This document shows, piece after piece, positions 27,899-38,352 of a stretch of DNA of 64,000 nt (position 1 is its first letter; every line of letters starts with the position of its first letter). The notes beneath the pieces were generated by a model. The model had not been told where the DNA came from. It worked only from the letters and a program-made list of their open reading frames with translations, and did no database searches. Position numbers and translations under genes: made by a program. The stretch is from a virus: the IMG/VR virus record IMGVR_UViG_3300027844_002282. The stretch is one strand, 5' to 3'.

Positions 27899-28360
27899 TC
27901 AAGTGGGTAAATTAAACATTTTATTTCGCGTAAGAACATTGTCCCCAAGAACTTCGCAATCATTTGATATTCTTATTATGTTTTCCCGCTCTTTTTTATC
28001 TGTTATCATATAACTGTTTTCAACTCTGTAGGAATCCTCATCAAAATGCTCTGTTGACACCTCAATTATTTTCGAAGACTCATCCAATCCTGTAAAACGG
28101 TGTTTAGTGTCGGTAGGGATGGTCACTGTTCCACCAGGGATCATTCTAAACATGTGGTCTTCTATTTCCATCATAATGTGACCAGATAATAAGAAAAACG
28201 TCTCTGTTTTTTTCTTATGAAAATGAATACTACATCGACCACTGCCTACAACTTCTAAAATCTTTCCACAATAAAGAGACGTGTTAGCCATCCAGTACTC
28301 TCTTCCCCAGACTTTGTCGTAAACTTTAGTGTGAGAAACCAAGCCATGAAAATTTTCCAT
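27899..28360 (-). CDS. cupin, mannose-6-phosphate/D-lyxose-isomerase-like
   Basis: KVWGRE, CSIHFHKKKTETF, HRF and IEVST. Confidence 0.8.
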   Translation of the reverse strand: MENFHGLVSHTKVYDKVWGREYWMANTSLYCGKILEVVGSGRCSIHFHKKKTETFFLLSGHIMMEIEDHMFRMIPGGTVTIPTDTKHRFTGLDESSKIIEVSTEHFDEDSYRVENSYMITDKKERENIIRISNDCEVLGDNVLTRNKMFNLPT

Positions 28361-28453
28361 AAACCCCTCCGATTGTTTGTAACGTCTATTGTATAATACA
28401 TCTAAGATACCGATGTATAATTTAAAAACCGATTAATATTAAGAGAGGACTCT

Positions 28454-29071
28454 ATGAGCAGAAACATAATTCGGATAAATAGTGACATAAAGCCAGAAAG
28501 TGGTCTATTATGCCATAGTGGAAAAGTATATTACGGAAAAGAAGAGGTGGCATTAGAAGAAGAGCCATCGGTATACCTTCAACAATGGCCGAGCATGAAG
28601 CTGATGAAGGTCAACAGAGACTGTAACTATTTCATGATCCCATTCACTGAGTTGTTGACTGAAACCGCATTACCTTTTGAAGAAGTAGAGAAAATGTGTG
28701 AGTATTTGGGATGGTCCAGCGAAGACGTTCTATCTCATATGGTCAATGTTGGGCAGCTAAATATGTATGAGAAGATGAAGAAAATAGAGTCGAGTTTTCC
28801 AGAAAACTGTACGATTGTAGAGCTTTTCACCCTCAAAAACTCCATATGCACCCAAAGCGAAGAAGAAAAGGCGGTTTCCGACAAAGAAAAAATTTACAAG
28901 AGAAATTTGGCTACAAGGGTTGCAATATTCACAATCGGTAGTCCATTGACCCCTGTTGTAGATGAATCAACGATTAAAAACAGCGCCGAACAAACAGAAG
29001 AGGGCATCGAACATGAGCGATCCGAAAAAGAGTCAGCCAAAGGACTCAATCCTTTGGGGGTGGAAGAATGA
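28454..29071 (+). CDS. hypothetical protein
   Basis: 205-aa ORF with a GAGGA RBS. Confidence 0.6.
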   Translation: MSRNIIRINSDIKPESGLLCHSGKVYYGKEEVALEEEPSVYLQQWPSMKLMKVNRDCNYFMIPFTELLTETALPFEEVEKMCEYLGWSSEDVLSHMVNVGQLNMYEKMKKIESSFPENCTIVELFTLKNSICTQSEEEKAVSDKEKIYKRNLATRVAIFTIGSPLTPVVDESTIKNSAEQTEEGIEHERSEKESAKGLNPLGVEE

Positions 29072-29474
29072 AAAAGTTCCTGACAGCGGCTTTGTTGTCA
29101 ACGGCATTGATACCACTCACTTTGAGCTTTTTGATTGTAAGTCGAAAGAGAAAGCGTCGTTTGTGCGTCCCATGTCGAAAACGTCCGCTCACTTTAAGGG
29201 ACTTTCAGAAATTAAGGAAGTTCTTATAGAGCTTCTCGCCAAAAGGCTCGTCCATGATTTATACGCTGTTAATGGATTACTTCAATCCGCTGGTCTCGGA
29301 GACGGATTAATCCCGTCAGACATTCTCGAAATAATCAAAATCGCCGAGGACGAAGAGGCGGATGAAGATTACGATAAAGAAACTCATGATTTGATGTCAA
29401 CTTTAACAATCGTTGAGGATAATCTCAATGAAGATGGTGAAACGACAGATTCCCCACCAGACGATGTGGCTTAG
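29013..29474 (+). CDS. hypothetical protein
   Basis: probable start MSDPKK after GAGGG. Confidence 0.55.
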   Translation: MSDPKKSQPKDSILWGWKNEKVPDSGFVVNGIDTTHFELFDCKSKEKASFVRPMSKTSAHFKGLSEIKEVLIELLAKRLVHDLYAVNGLLQSAGLGDGLIPSDILEIIKIAEDEEADEDYDKETHDLMSTLTIVEDNLNEDGETTDSPPDDVA

Positions 29475-29935
29475 ATAGCGGGCTCAGCAAAGGAATTTTG
29501 CCAGTCCTTAATTATGCTAAGTCTTGCATAATATCTTTTTGTGGATTCTGAATTTATAACTGAGAACCCAATCTGCAACTTGAGGGGACTATCAGAATTA
29601 TAGATTGACCACTTGTTAGCCCTGGCATGATCATAATGTGACCTCAACTCGCCAATATTATCGACTTCAATTTCTTCATCAACCGATCCGAATACAGGGA
29701 CCTCCAATAAAAAATCCCTGTCAGAATTCCCATTCTCAAATATCACAAATCCCATATTTCCAGAGACACTATCCCACGCTGGTAACACTTCAGGATTGAT
29801 CCCGCTTTTAACGAAAACATCAATGATGTTTTTTAACTTCTCCGCCGATGCGATTCCCTCAGTTTGCTGACCACCCTCATAGTCTCCCCTTTTTATGAAC
29901 TCATCAAAAGTTACCGTTCTACCTATTTGTTTCAC
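29471..29935 (-). CDS. hypothetical protein
   Basis: 154-aa ORF with a GGAG RBS. Confidence 0.55.
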   Translation of the reverse strand: MKQIGRTVTFDEFIKRGDYEGGQQTEGIASAEKLKNIIDVFVKSGINPEVLPAWDSVSGNMGFVIFENGNSDRDFLLEVPVFGSVDEEIEVDNIGELRSHYDHARANKWSIYNSDSPLKLQIGFSVINSESTKRYYARLSIIKDWQNSFAEPAI

Positions 29936-30000
29936 TATTCTTACTCCGACTTGAATTTTAGTTATACCATGGTATGGTACACCTTAACGAAGAGAATTAT

Positions 30001-30846
30001 ATGAATGTGACCTGGGCAATAGAGGAAGAGATATGGAATGACAACAGTGTCGCCCTCTTGAGCGATGCTCTTGACGGGTTAGGAATACCATACTTCAAAG
30101 TTTCACAACAGGCACACTGGGATCACGTTTCCGGGAAACCATTCCTTCCAGAATACGACAAAGAAGATTGCATAATTTTCTACGGGTCACTTCAAGTGGC
30201 AAAGGATATTATGAAAACGAAACCTTGGATACCGGGGGCTTCTATACCCCGGAGAACTATAGATGTTCAAAATATTATCCAAAACTTGGATCGACTCTCA
30301 CCAACTCAGAATATATAATGTTGCCAATTGGAGAGTTGAACAGGAGAAAAGAATTTCTCTTGAAGACACTCGGTAAAGAAAACACATTGTTCATCAGACC
30401 TGACGACGAGGCAAAATTATTCACGGGACAAACCATTGAGTTGGAAAGGTGGGACAAGGACTTCGTCAAATTACAGCATATGGAGTTGACGATAGTGAGA
30501 TCGTAATTGTTGCGCCACCAAAAAATATAGAGAAAGAATGGCGATTCATAGTTTGTGAAGGGAAGGTTTTAACAGGGAGCCTTTATAAAAGTGGGGGGGG
30601 GTAAATCCGTTAGAATAGAAGGCGCTCCTAAAGAATCTTATGATTTGGCACAGTCAACAGCTGATAGATATTGTCCTGACAGAGTTTGGGTTTGTGACAT
30701 CTGTCAAACCAGGTTAAAAATATTATTATGTTTTAGAGATCGGATGTTTTAGTTGTGCTGGATTATATGCAGCAGACATGGACATCGTCGCTAAAGAAGT
30801 TTCGAATGCAGCGTATAATGAATACAAAGAAATAATGGAGATATAA
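30001..30846 (+). pseudogene. ATP-grasp (DUF4343/R2K-like) protein, multiply frameshifted
   Basis: FYGSL, LFIRPDD..KLFTG, EWRFIV, VCDI and EIGCFSCAGLY motifs in successive frames. Confidence 0.7.
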
Positions 30847-30847
30847 A

Positions 30848-31444
30848 ATGAGGGCTTGGTTCACAGCAGACTGGCATCTTGGACAGAAAAATCCAGAGAT
30901 CATGCATCGTCCATTCGAGGGGCCGGATGAGATGGCAGATTTCATGTCAAATAGACACAATACCTTTGTAAATGAAGATGATACGGTATATGTCGTCGGC
31001 GACGTGTGCCACTCAACTTCCCCAGAGGCGCTCCCTCAAGTGGCCAAGTTCAACGGGAGGAAAGTCCTTATCAGAGGAAATCACGACAGAGTTTTCTCAG
31101 ATGATGAGTTGAGACCGTATTTTGATGTCATTGTCGCAGAGGGTGAGGGTGTAGAAATGGGTATCAACGGATTACCATGTTATGTCACTCACTACCCAAC
31201 TTGTGGCGTTGCAAACAGATTCAATATAGTAGGCCATGTTCATAGTGTTTGGCGTCTCCAACTTAATATGATAAATATTGGAGTTGACGCCAATCATTTT
31301 ACGCCGACAAGTGCTGACAATATACCTAAAGAGTTGGACTCAATTAGAACTTTCTATGATGATGACGCCTGGGTTGCATACAATGAAACAAATTCAATGT
31401 TTTACGGAAAGAGGGGGTTGCAGGAAACACGGTTTCCTGAATAA
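30848..31444 (+). CDS. calcineurin-like metallophosphoesterase
   Basis: ADWHLG, VGD, GNHD, THYP, GHVH and NIGVD. Confidence 0.9.
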   Translation: MRAWFTADWHLGQKNPEIMHRPFEGPDEMADFMSNRHNTFVNEDDTVYVVGDVCHSTSPEALPQVAKFNGRKVLIRGNHDRVFSDDELRPYFDVIVAEGEGVEMGINGLPCYVTHYPTCGVANRFNIVGHVHSVWRLQLNMINIGVDANHFTPTSADNIPKELDSIRTFYDDDAWVAYNETNSMFYGKRGLQETRFPE

Positions 31445-31446
31445 TT

Positions 31447-31985
31447 ATGAACACAACAGTTGTTAATTTTTTTCGGTGGTCCAGGTTCAAGGAAGAGCAC
31501 GATATCAACAAATTTATTTGCAGAATTGAAGGCTAAATGTGAATTGCGAGTTGGTATCTGAATACGCAAAAGACCTTGTTTGGGAGGGCTCCATGGGAGT
31601 CTTAGACGATCAAGTACACATGTTCGGAGAACAGTACCATAGATTGTTCAGGGTGCTCGGCAAGGTCGAGTTAGTGATCTCAGACTCTCCAATAATATTG
31701 CCGGTGTTGTATGACAAGACCAAATCCCCATCTTTGGCAGCATTAGGTTTGGAAAAGCATTTGGAATTAGATAACATCAACTTCTTTGTCAACAGAATAG
31801 AGCGATACGACGGGTCCGGTAGATATCAAGATGAGCGAGGCGCTGATGAAATGACGAAGAAAATAAAGACCTTCTTAAATGATTCTGGAATCAAATACGT
31901 CGATATTAACGGTGATCGAGCGGCTGTAATATACACCCTTCAATACCTTTTGGCAGAGAAAGAAGGACTCTTTCAAGGGAAATAG
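31447..31985 (+). pseudogene. P-loop kinase/ATPase (NadR/AAA_28-like), frameshifted near the 5' end
   Basis: VVNFFGGPGS..KST P-loop broken by indels; SEYAKDLVW and ISDSP in ORF 31539..31985. Confidence 0.7.
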
Positions 31986-32029
31986 CCCACTCTTGCGGTA
32001 AACTATAATAACATACAGAGTGGTTTATT

Positions 32030-32389
32030 ATGGGAAAATTTAAGATAATTGGACATGAAGAATACAATTATAAAGGAAGAAAGTATATTGTATTTTACAG
32101 ACAAGACGAAAATGGTGTTCAAATAAAACAGATGTCTAAAAATCCAGTCATGAGCTACGATCCAAATGATATTATAGGATTGTTCTCAAGACTTTTTAAA
32201 AAGAAAGAGATAGTTATTCTTTCAAAGACGGATGCGTATCAGATCGCGGACAAATACGAAGACAGTCTTAATGTGATCATAGAAAATAAACGTCAGGAAG
32301 ATTTGGAAAGAGAGCCGCCAGCGACAACTGAGCAGGTTGAAGAGATTCTCAATCGTATGAGAGAGAGATTCGCATCACAATCGTATTAG
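32030..32389 (+). CDS. hypothetical protein
   Basis: 119-aa ORF with an AGG-N19-GTA motif upstream. Confidence 0.6.
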   Translation: MGKFKIIGHEEYNYKGRKYIVFYRQDENGVQIKQMSKNPVMSYDPNDIIGLFSRLFKKKEIVILSKTDAYQIADKYEDSLNVIIENKRQEDLEREPPATTEQVEEILNRMRERFASQSY

Positions 32390-32416
32390 CCCTGCGCCAG
32401 ATAACTGGCGCAGGGT
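32389..32416. terminator. GC-rich hairpin between convergent genes
   Basis: CCCTGCGCCAG-ATAA-CTGGCGCAGGG. Confidence 0.65.
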
Positions 32417-32491
32417 CAACACTTAATCTTTATTCTTCAAATCCATAAGCAAACAACTGCTCAAGGCTTAACTTGCACGTTCTCCCGGCGC

Positions 32492-33307
32492 TTATGTTGT
32501 TCCCCACGATACTAAGACATCTCCTTTCGTTCTCAAGTCTCTCAATCTTTTCTTGATCTCTTGAAATGTGATTTTGTACATGGATATCTTTCTGGCCATA
32601 TCATTATGAAGATTTCTCCAGTTAAATTTGGACCTGACATCATCAGATTCAAAATTTTCCCACATCTGCATCGAAGCATAATCCAATCCGTTAGTGGTGG
32701 TCACATGATAAGCAGAGGCTGTCTTAGCCGCCTTTCTCCCATCACTTGAACACGATGAAGATGAATGCCCCATCACTCTACTGGATGAAGATGAAGACGG
32801 CTTACTTTCTACGACGGGAAGCTCCCATTCGTCAGATATGTCAATATTCGCCTTCTCAATAACTTCAATGATATCATCCCACCCGTCATTAAAATTCTTG
32901 AATGGTTTTGCAAAGAACTTATTCGATTGCTCGTTGAATACATCAACAGAATCATCTTTGTCGCCATCAAGATCATCTACCTTCTTAAGCAGGGCCTTTC
33001 TCTTTTTTACTAATGGGGAGAGATTTACCTTAAGCTCTTTTTCCTTACCGCGCTGAAGCTCTTTGATACTCTCAAGTTCAGCATCCTTTGACTCAAGGAA
33101 ACCTTTGATGGGGGTTATCATGGCTACGAGGGTGTCTATTTCCCCGTTAATGTTTGCTATTTTACTTCCGATAGCATCGCGAATTTCAGATCCAGTTTTT
33201 TCAAATAGAATTCCAACTACGGTTCCATCAAGCGATGAAGCTGAAAAATTGGGTTCTTTGGATCTACAATAATTTTGTGTGAATAAATAATATTCCCCTG
33301 TTGGCAT
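32492..33307 (-). CDS. coiled-coil protein with Ser-rich linker; 3' end probably frameshifted
   Basis: 271-aa ORF with a PSSSSSS..HSSSSCSS tract. Confidence 0.6.
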   Translation of the reverse strand: MPTGEYYLFTQNYCRSKEPNFSASSLDGTVVGILFEKTGSEIRDAIGSKIANINGEIDTLVAMITPIKGFLESKDAELESIKELQRGKEKELKVNLSPLVKKRKALLKKVDDLDGDKDDSVDVFNEQSNKFFAKPFKNFNDGWDDIIEVIEKANIDISDEWELPVVESKPSSSSSSRVMGHSSSSCSSDGRKAAKTASAYHVTTTNGLDYASMQMWENFESDDVRSKFNWRNLHNDMARKISMYKITFQEIKKRLRDLRTKGDVLVSWGTT

Positions 33308-33593
33308 TTAATTATATTATGGATGCCAATATTTTCTGTGTCTATCCACATTGTCATTATAATTTAAGAATACAGGAATCACAATAACTGGTTAGGAAAG
33401 CTATAGTGTTATAATAAACTTCAAGAGGGCGAGGGAATGACCAATTATAGTACTATTTATAGACGACCCAAAACAGGCTTTCGTTTTATTGTATTATCTG
33501 GGTTTGTCTCAATGGTTAGATCAAACAAGGTGCCATTAATAGAAAAAGAAAATCTTCCTAAGTATATTGCAGACTTATTAAACATAGAATACA

Positions 33594-34274
33594 ATGAATT
33601 GGTATAAAAAAGCAACAAGAGACCGAAACTCTAAAATACTATATTATGTGGGACCTGGCCCTGCACAGCCAAACCCACCAAAACATGGTGGATGGAGTAG
33701 ACGAGATAAGGAGTACGGAAAACAAGAGAAGGTATTCTTCTTAACCCCAGACTATTGCACCGTATGGACAAACCATGGAAGAAGGGGAAACGTTTACATA
33801 TATGAAGTCCCCAATTGGGTTATAAAGGAAAGTGGAGGCGTTCAACGATATGATAATGCTGCCGAAGTTATAATTCCAGCGTCTCTTTTTGTAGAGGTAA
33901 AAATGATTGGGAGTATTGATGAGCAAAAGGTCAATGACAAATGCCGACACAGATTGAATAACTACGTAAAAAGGATGGATCTATTTGATAAAAGCGAGCC
34001 AGAAGAAAAAGTAGATGTTGGGTCATTTGTACATTGGATGAATGCATCTGAAAAGGGGATGCCAAAAGAAACCATATTTAAAGTTGACAATATAAAAGGA
34101 GGAATGATTGAAATATCAGTCGTTGGGGCGCTTCAGTTCTCTTATAGATATGATGACAATGGAAGAATGATGAGGAAATGGAACATACAGAAAGGCGAAG
34201 GGAAATACACCTCTAAGCAACAATCAGTATACCCTATAAGCAAAAAAACCCAGTCTCAACTGGCGGAAGTATAG
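33594..34274 (+). CDS. WYK-leader protein, possible ADP-ribosyltransferase-like N-domain
   Basis: MNWYKKA leader; LYYVG ... VFFLT ... GNVYIYEV ... AEVII pattern. Confidence 0.6.
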   Translation: MNWYKKATRDRNSKILYYVGPGPAQPNPPKHGGWSRRDKEYGKQEKVFFLTPDYCTVWTNHGRRGNVYIYEVPNWVIKESGGVQRYDNAAEVIIPASLFVEVKMIGSIDEQKVNDKCRHRLNNYVKRMDLFDKSEPEEKVDVGSFVHWMNASEKGMPKETIFKVDNIKGGMIEISVVGALQFSYRYDDNGRMMRKWNIQKGEGKYTSKQQSVYPISKKTQSQLAEV

Positions 34275-34275
34275 A

Positions 34276-34617
34276 CTAAGTTCTTACCACTTGCTCTTCT
34301 GTCAATTGCAATCTTCCTGGGTTTGCCACAATACCTACCAAATTCTCATACTTTAAAATGTACCCAAAAGACCCCTCTTCAGACATCTCTTCTATTTGCT
34401 CAAGATATGGTGACAAGTGATCATCAGTTACGACGCCATCCGTTGTCCTTGCTGATAATACGGTAGCGCCACTCTCTTTTCTGAAGGTAAAAAATGGGAC
34501 GACGACAGTTACGCCATCTTCCATTCTCATTTTTGCCCCAAGCGGAATTCCACCCTGTTTTATAATATATGCATCGTTTACAATGTTTATAGTTTCAAAA
34601 TCCATTATTCTCTCCAA
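34276..34617 (-). CDS. hypothetical protein
   Basis: 113-aa ORF. Confidence 0.55.
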   Translation of the reverse strand: MERIMDFETINIVNDAYIIKQGGIPLGAKMRMEDGVTVVVPFFTFRKESGATVLSARTTDGVVTDDHLSPYLEQIEEMSEEGSFGYILKYENLVGIVANPGRLQLTEEQVVRT

Positions 34618-34651
34618 TAGTTTAATGATCCACTTGGATTAGACACTATTT

Positions 34652-35344
34652 TTAAATACTTGGTATCTCACCGCGAACTATATCTTTCAATCGGTACTCG
34701 TATAGCTCTATAATCTTGCTATAACTTTCATGGATTGTCATGCCATTTCTAAGAACGTGGTCATCGCCAAAATAAATCTCTATAGCAATTTCACTCATGT
34801 TTGGGAAGAAAAACCATTTAACCGTCTCTCTAACTAAATCATTGGCATCACGACCAGACTTCTTCGCCTTCATCAACAAACCCCTTAAAAAAGCATCCGT
34901 TTCATGATTTTGTAGCATATATTTGGTATAATCGTTTACGCGGGATCTTATATTGGAATGCTGTTTGTAGTTATCAATCATTTTGGGCGCGTAAACGACT
35001 GGTTTAATTTGATCTGAATGTTCAATCTCATGCCTTATAATCTCTATTAAATCCATATACATATCATTCCAATGGTGACTGTTATATAGATTGCTATAAT
35101 CAAACTTGATATTAATATGGTTTTCTTCTGCAAATCCAGAAAGAAGATATGGGCTTTGCATAACTTTTGATTGGATATCAACCGTAAGATATTCAATTCC
35201 CTGCTCAATTATAGCCGGGAATGGCTTCAGAGAAATGTTCAACACCCTATCACCCAAGTCTAAAGACCTAAGCCTGGCACTGATTATTTCAGCGATTTGA
35301 TTTGATAGCGTGTCTAATTTGTTTCTAAATGATTGTTTATCCAT
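34652..35344 (-). CDS. putative zincin-like metallopeptidase
   Basis: IRHEIEHSDQ (HExxH) and downstream HETDAF; GAGGTG RBS; AGG-N19-GTA motif. Confidence 0.65.
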   Translation of the reverse strand: MDKQSFRNKLDTLSNQIAEIISARLRSLDLGDRVLNISLKPFPAIIEQGIEYLTVDIQSKVMQSPYLLSGFAEENHINIKFDYSNLYNSHHWNDMYMDLIEIIRHEIEHSDQIKPVVYAPKMIDNYKQHSNIRSRVNDYTKYMLQNHETDAFLRGLLMKAKKSGRDANDLVRETVKWFFFPNMSEIAIEIYFGDDHVLRNGMTIHESYSKIIELYEYRLKDIVRGEIPSI

Positions 35345-35430
35345 AATGCACCTCTATATGATTATACAAAATAGGAGCAATTAATCCCTATCCAAGAGGA
35401 CATAAGCTATAAAAAACTGAAATAATGGTT

Positions 35431-35733
35431 ATGAACTGGTACAAAATATCCGCAATAGAGAGATACTCACTAAACGGGGCTGTTTTTTCAATAAAAACAT
35501 CTCATGGGGAATTTATTGTCTCAATCACCAAGCCAGCAGTTTTAATATCTGGAGAAAGCATCCTTACTAAAACAAAGAAGCTAACAGATAAGACATCAAA
35601 CACAAGGGCAGAAGCGATATCTATCCTTAAAGAGCATGGATATGACGGGATAATCCAACTCGGAGAAGAAAAGCCGTCAATAGAGCCGTTCTTCAAGAAT
35701 CAAGTTAAAAGAATTTCTATTCGAAATCTATAA
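35431..35733 (+). CDS. WYK-leader protein
   Basis: MNWYKIS leader; GYDGII motif. Confidence 0.6.
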   Translation: MNWYKISAIERYSLNGAVFSIKTSHGEFIVSITKPAVLISGESILTKTKKLTDKTSNTRAEAISILKEHGYDGIIQLGEEKPSIEPFFKNQVKRISIRNL

Positions 35734-35865
35734 CGTGTAAGGCGGCTTCTTATTAGGGAATATTTGAGTGTCTAACTTCCCACTTGGTGGAATCTTCGGC
35801 TGCTTTTTCTTCTTTTTCTTCTTTTTCTTCTTCCCAGCTTCAATGTATTTTTTGTACCAATCCAT
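35728..35865 (-). CDS. 45-aa Lys-rich WYK-leader microprotein (below the ORF-track cutoff)
   Basis: MDWYKKYIEAG-K10-QPKIPPSGKLDTQIFPNKKPPYTL*; AGGAGG RBS and AGG-N19-GAA motif upstream. Confidence 0.65.
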   Translation of the reverse strand: MDWYKKYIEAGKKKKKKKKKKQPKIPPSGKLDTQIFPNKKPPYTL

Positions 35866-35912
35866 AAGGCCTCCTATATAGACTCTTTCAACAGAGGATG
35901 GCACCATTCCTG

Positions 35913-36560
35913 TTAGTCCGCAAACATTGAGGCGAAAATATCGTCGTCATCATCAGCGTCATTTACTACAGTTTCTTCGACACTTATAAGATAACCCTTG
36001 CCGTTCTTATCAATAACCCCAGAGATGTATTTTGGGTCAATGAAATCCGTTAACCAAACATCATTATCCGCCAAGAATAAGTTAACACCGTCATCCCGCA
36101 TCGCTTTCGTATCTATTCGCAATATAACAGGTGTGCCATGGCGCTGCCCGACACTCGTTGCTGTTGGGATATCCGCAGATATGTGAACATACTGACGCTT
36201 CCCCTTGCTTACACCAGAACCCATAATTGGAAACAACACCTCAAGGCTTGTCCCATGGAATAATTCATCTGGCGGAGCAGTTGGTGACAAATTGAGATCG
36301 ACATCTATTGAATGTCCCTGGTTCGCCCTAACTCTTTGACCATCGTCACTGACCGCAAATCTCTTCTTATTGTTAGTGTCAACAACGTTGTCGAATTGGG
36401 CTCTCGTAACATCGGTTGCCCCGGCTTTCTTAACCTGATTGATTCTATTGATAAGATAATCAATACTTGTCCAGCCTTCTCCATCAAGTTTGATCCCCAT
36501 CGCTTCCGGCTTGTGTCTCAAGACCAAGCTCAATATTTTACTCAAATTGTAATCTTTCAT
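35913..36560 (-). CDS. kptA: RNA 2'-phosphotransferase (KptA/Tpt1)
   Basis: LSLVLRHKP, KKRF, RANQGHS, LFHGT, RQYVHIS, GQRHG and NDVWL. Confidence 0.93.
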   Translation of the reverse strand: MKDYNLSKILSLVLRHKPEAMGIKLDGEGWTSIDYLINRINQVKKAGATDVTRAQFDNVVDTNNKKRFAVSDDGQRVRANQGHSIDVDLNLSPTAPPDELFHGTSLEVLFPIMGSGVSKGKRQYVHISADIPTATSVGQRHGTPVILRIDTKAMRDDGVNLFLADNDVWLTDFIDPKYISGVIDKNGKGYLISVEETVVNDADDDDDIFASMFAD

Positions 36561-36704
36561 AGTAGTTTCATTTTTAGTATTTACGAAGACAATATAGCAC
36601 ACGTAATGGCCATTACAAGCGGGTTGGCGGGATTTGTCAAATAGTATACTATAATGGCCATTATCCCGCCATTATGGCGGGAAAAATGGCACTTTAGTGA
36701 CTTA

Positions 36705-38303
36705 TTACACTTGTGAGCTAACAAGTGACTGCACAACTTCCTGGAATCTCGGATCTGCCTCTAAGGCTGATCGTACATTCGCTTTCGTGACTTCAAGATC
36801 TTCATCGATCAAAGACGGATTATCAAGAATAATGTCTTCCTGAACTTCTTTGATGATTCCAATATGACGCCCCGGCTTGATATCAGGAACTCTGGCTCTC
36901 AACATATTCATGATCTCATGCCCATCAATAATGTCCTTCCCCTTTTCAGGGAGCTTCTCCATCATTAACTCAGGCATCCTGTTCTTTATCAACGCACTAT
37001 TGTTCTTCAGCTCACCTTCTGCGGGAATTGAAGAGACTTCATCCGCGACGAGAAGAGCAAGAACGTCATCAAAAGCATCGTCCATATCTCTGTAATAGCG
37101 TCTAAAGGCCTTGTCACCCCATTCTCCGGCGCTGTGTCCTCTCATATGATTATCAACAAGCTTAACAGTTTTATCGACAACGTCATTGGGATACTTCAAA
37201 GCCTTCATTCTCTCTTTAATCATATCTCCAGAATGCTTCTCGTGCTTGTAGAAATGGATTCTATCATCGACCCTCTCTTGAGTGACTGCCTTCCCCCAAT
37301 CGTGAGAGATAGCCGCCCAAGTAAGATGGATTCCAGCATCGGGGTTCTCATTTTCCAAAGCCTCAATAACTTTCAAGGTATGGACGTATGCATCCCCTTC
37401 ACTGTGATGGACAGTATCCTGTTCAACTCCAATCAAAGCATGCATCTCAGGGAGAATGGGCTCAAGGAGATCAAGCTCTTCCATCAACGGAATAGCTTCA
37501 TGCATCTTACCGTACCCAGCAATTTTGTCAATTTCACCACGAAATCTTTCTGCTGAAGTATTGGAGAGATTGTGAATATTATTCCTGATCGCCTCTTTCA
37601 CTTCGTCAGTCATAGTCCATCCATGCTTAACAGCAAATCTGACACCCCTAAGCATTCTAAGAGCATCGTCCTCAAAGATCGGATTGGGATCGCTCGGAGT
37701 CCTGATAATTCCATCTTCAATATCCTTCAAGCCCATTCCGGTCAAATCCACAATGTCGCCATTAGATATTTTTTCTGCAAGAACATCGGGGGAAATAACA
37801 GGTCCAGCCTCCATCTTCTTCAAAAGAGAGTTAACAGTAAAATCCCGTCTCATAACATCATCTTGAAGAGTCCCAAAGGCAACCTCCGGTTTACGACTTC
37901 CGGTCCTGTACTGCTCCTTTCTGGTTTGAACGGCTTCGATCTCAATGCCATCGACATTGTATGTCTGTCCTTTGTATATCAAATCTTTCAATATGACAGC
38001 GTAAACACCGTATCCCTTATCAATAGGGGGCTTCAAGCCAAGAATCGATGTGACGTAATCGCCAAACACCAAGCCACCATCGGGATATTCGATTACAGCA
38101 TCGATATCCTTGGGGATAATTCCAAGCATCTCATCTCTGACAGTTCCGCCAACGATGTAAGACTTTCCTTTGAGAACATGCCCATTGGGAATGTTCTTTG
38201 CCACTTCCGACAAAAGAATCTGCGCCTGAACAAAAGGGGCGTCGGAATTATCCGCATCAGCAGTCAAGTATTTTTCTAAATAAGTTTTTTTGTACCAGTC
38301 CAT
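36705..38303 (-). CDS. cca: CCA-adding tRNA nucleotidyltransferase (class II) with an HD domain and WYK leader
   Basis: VGGTVRD, KDID, RRDFTVN, DDALRMLRGVRF, HHSEGDAYVHT and HDWGK. Confidence 0.9.
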   Translation of the reverse strand: MDWYKKTYLEKYLTADADNSDAPFVQAQILLSEVAKNIPNGHVLKGKSYIVGGTVRDEMLGIIPKDIDAVIEYPDGGLVFGDYVTSILGLKPPIDKGYGVYAVILKDLIYKGQTYNVDGIEIEAVQTRKEQYRTGSRKPEVAFGTLQDDVMRRDFTVNSLLKKMEAGPVISPDVLAEKISNGDIVDLTGMGLKDIEDGIIRTPSDPNPIFEDDALRMLRGVRFAVKHGWTMTDEVKEAIRNNIHNLSNTSAERFRGEIDKIAGYGKMHEAIPLMEELDLLEPILPEMHALIGVEQDTVHHSEGDAYVHTLKVIEALENENPDAGIHLTWAAISHDWGKAVTQERVDDRIHFYKHEKHSGDMIKERMKALKYPNDVVDKTVKLVDNHMRGHSAGEWGDKAFRRYYRDMDDAFDDVLALLVADEVSSIPAEGELKNNSALIKNRMPELMMEKLPEKGKDIIDGHEIMNMLRARVPDIKPGRHIGIIKEVQEDIILDNPSLIDEDLEVTKANVRSALEADPRFQEVVQSLVSSQV

Positions 38304-38352
38304 AATTAACCAAGTTTCAAGTAATTATACAAATTCGCTCAAGGACCCACCT

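Noticed and set aside
37572-38279. Long plus-strand ORFs antisense to cca (and similar ones opposite 4814, 24423 and 39884)
   Set aside because: Shadow ORFs on the reverse strand of genes with convincing motifs or start signals.
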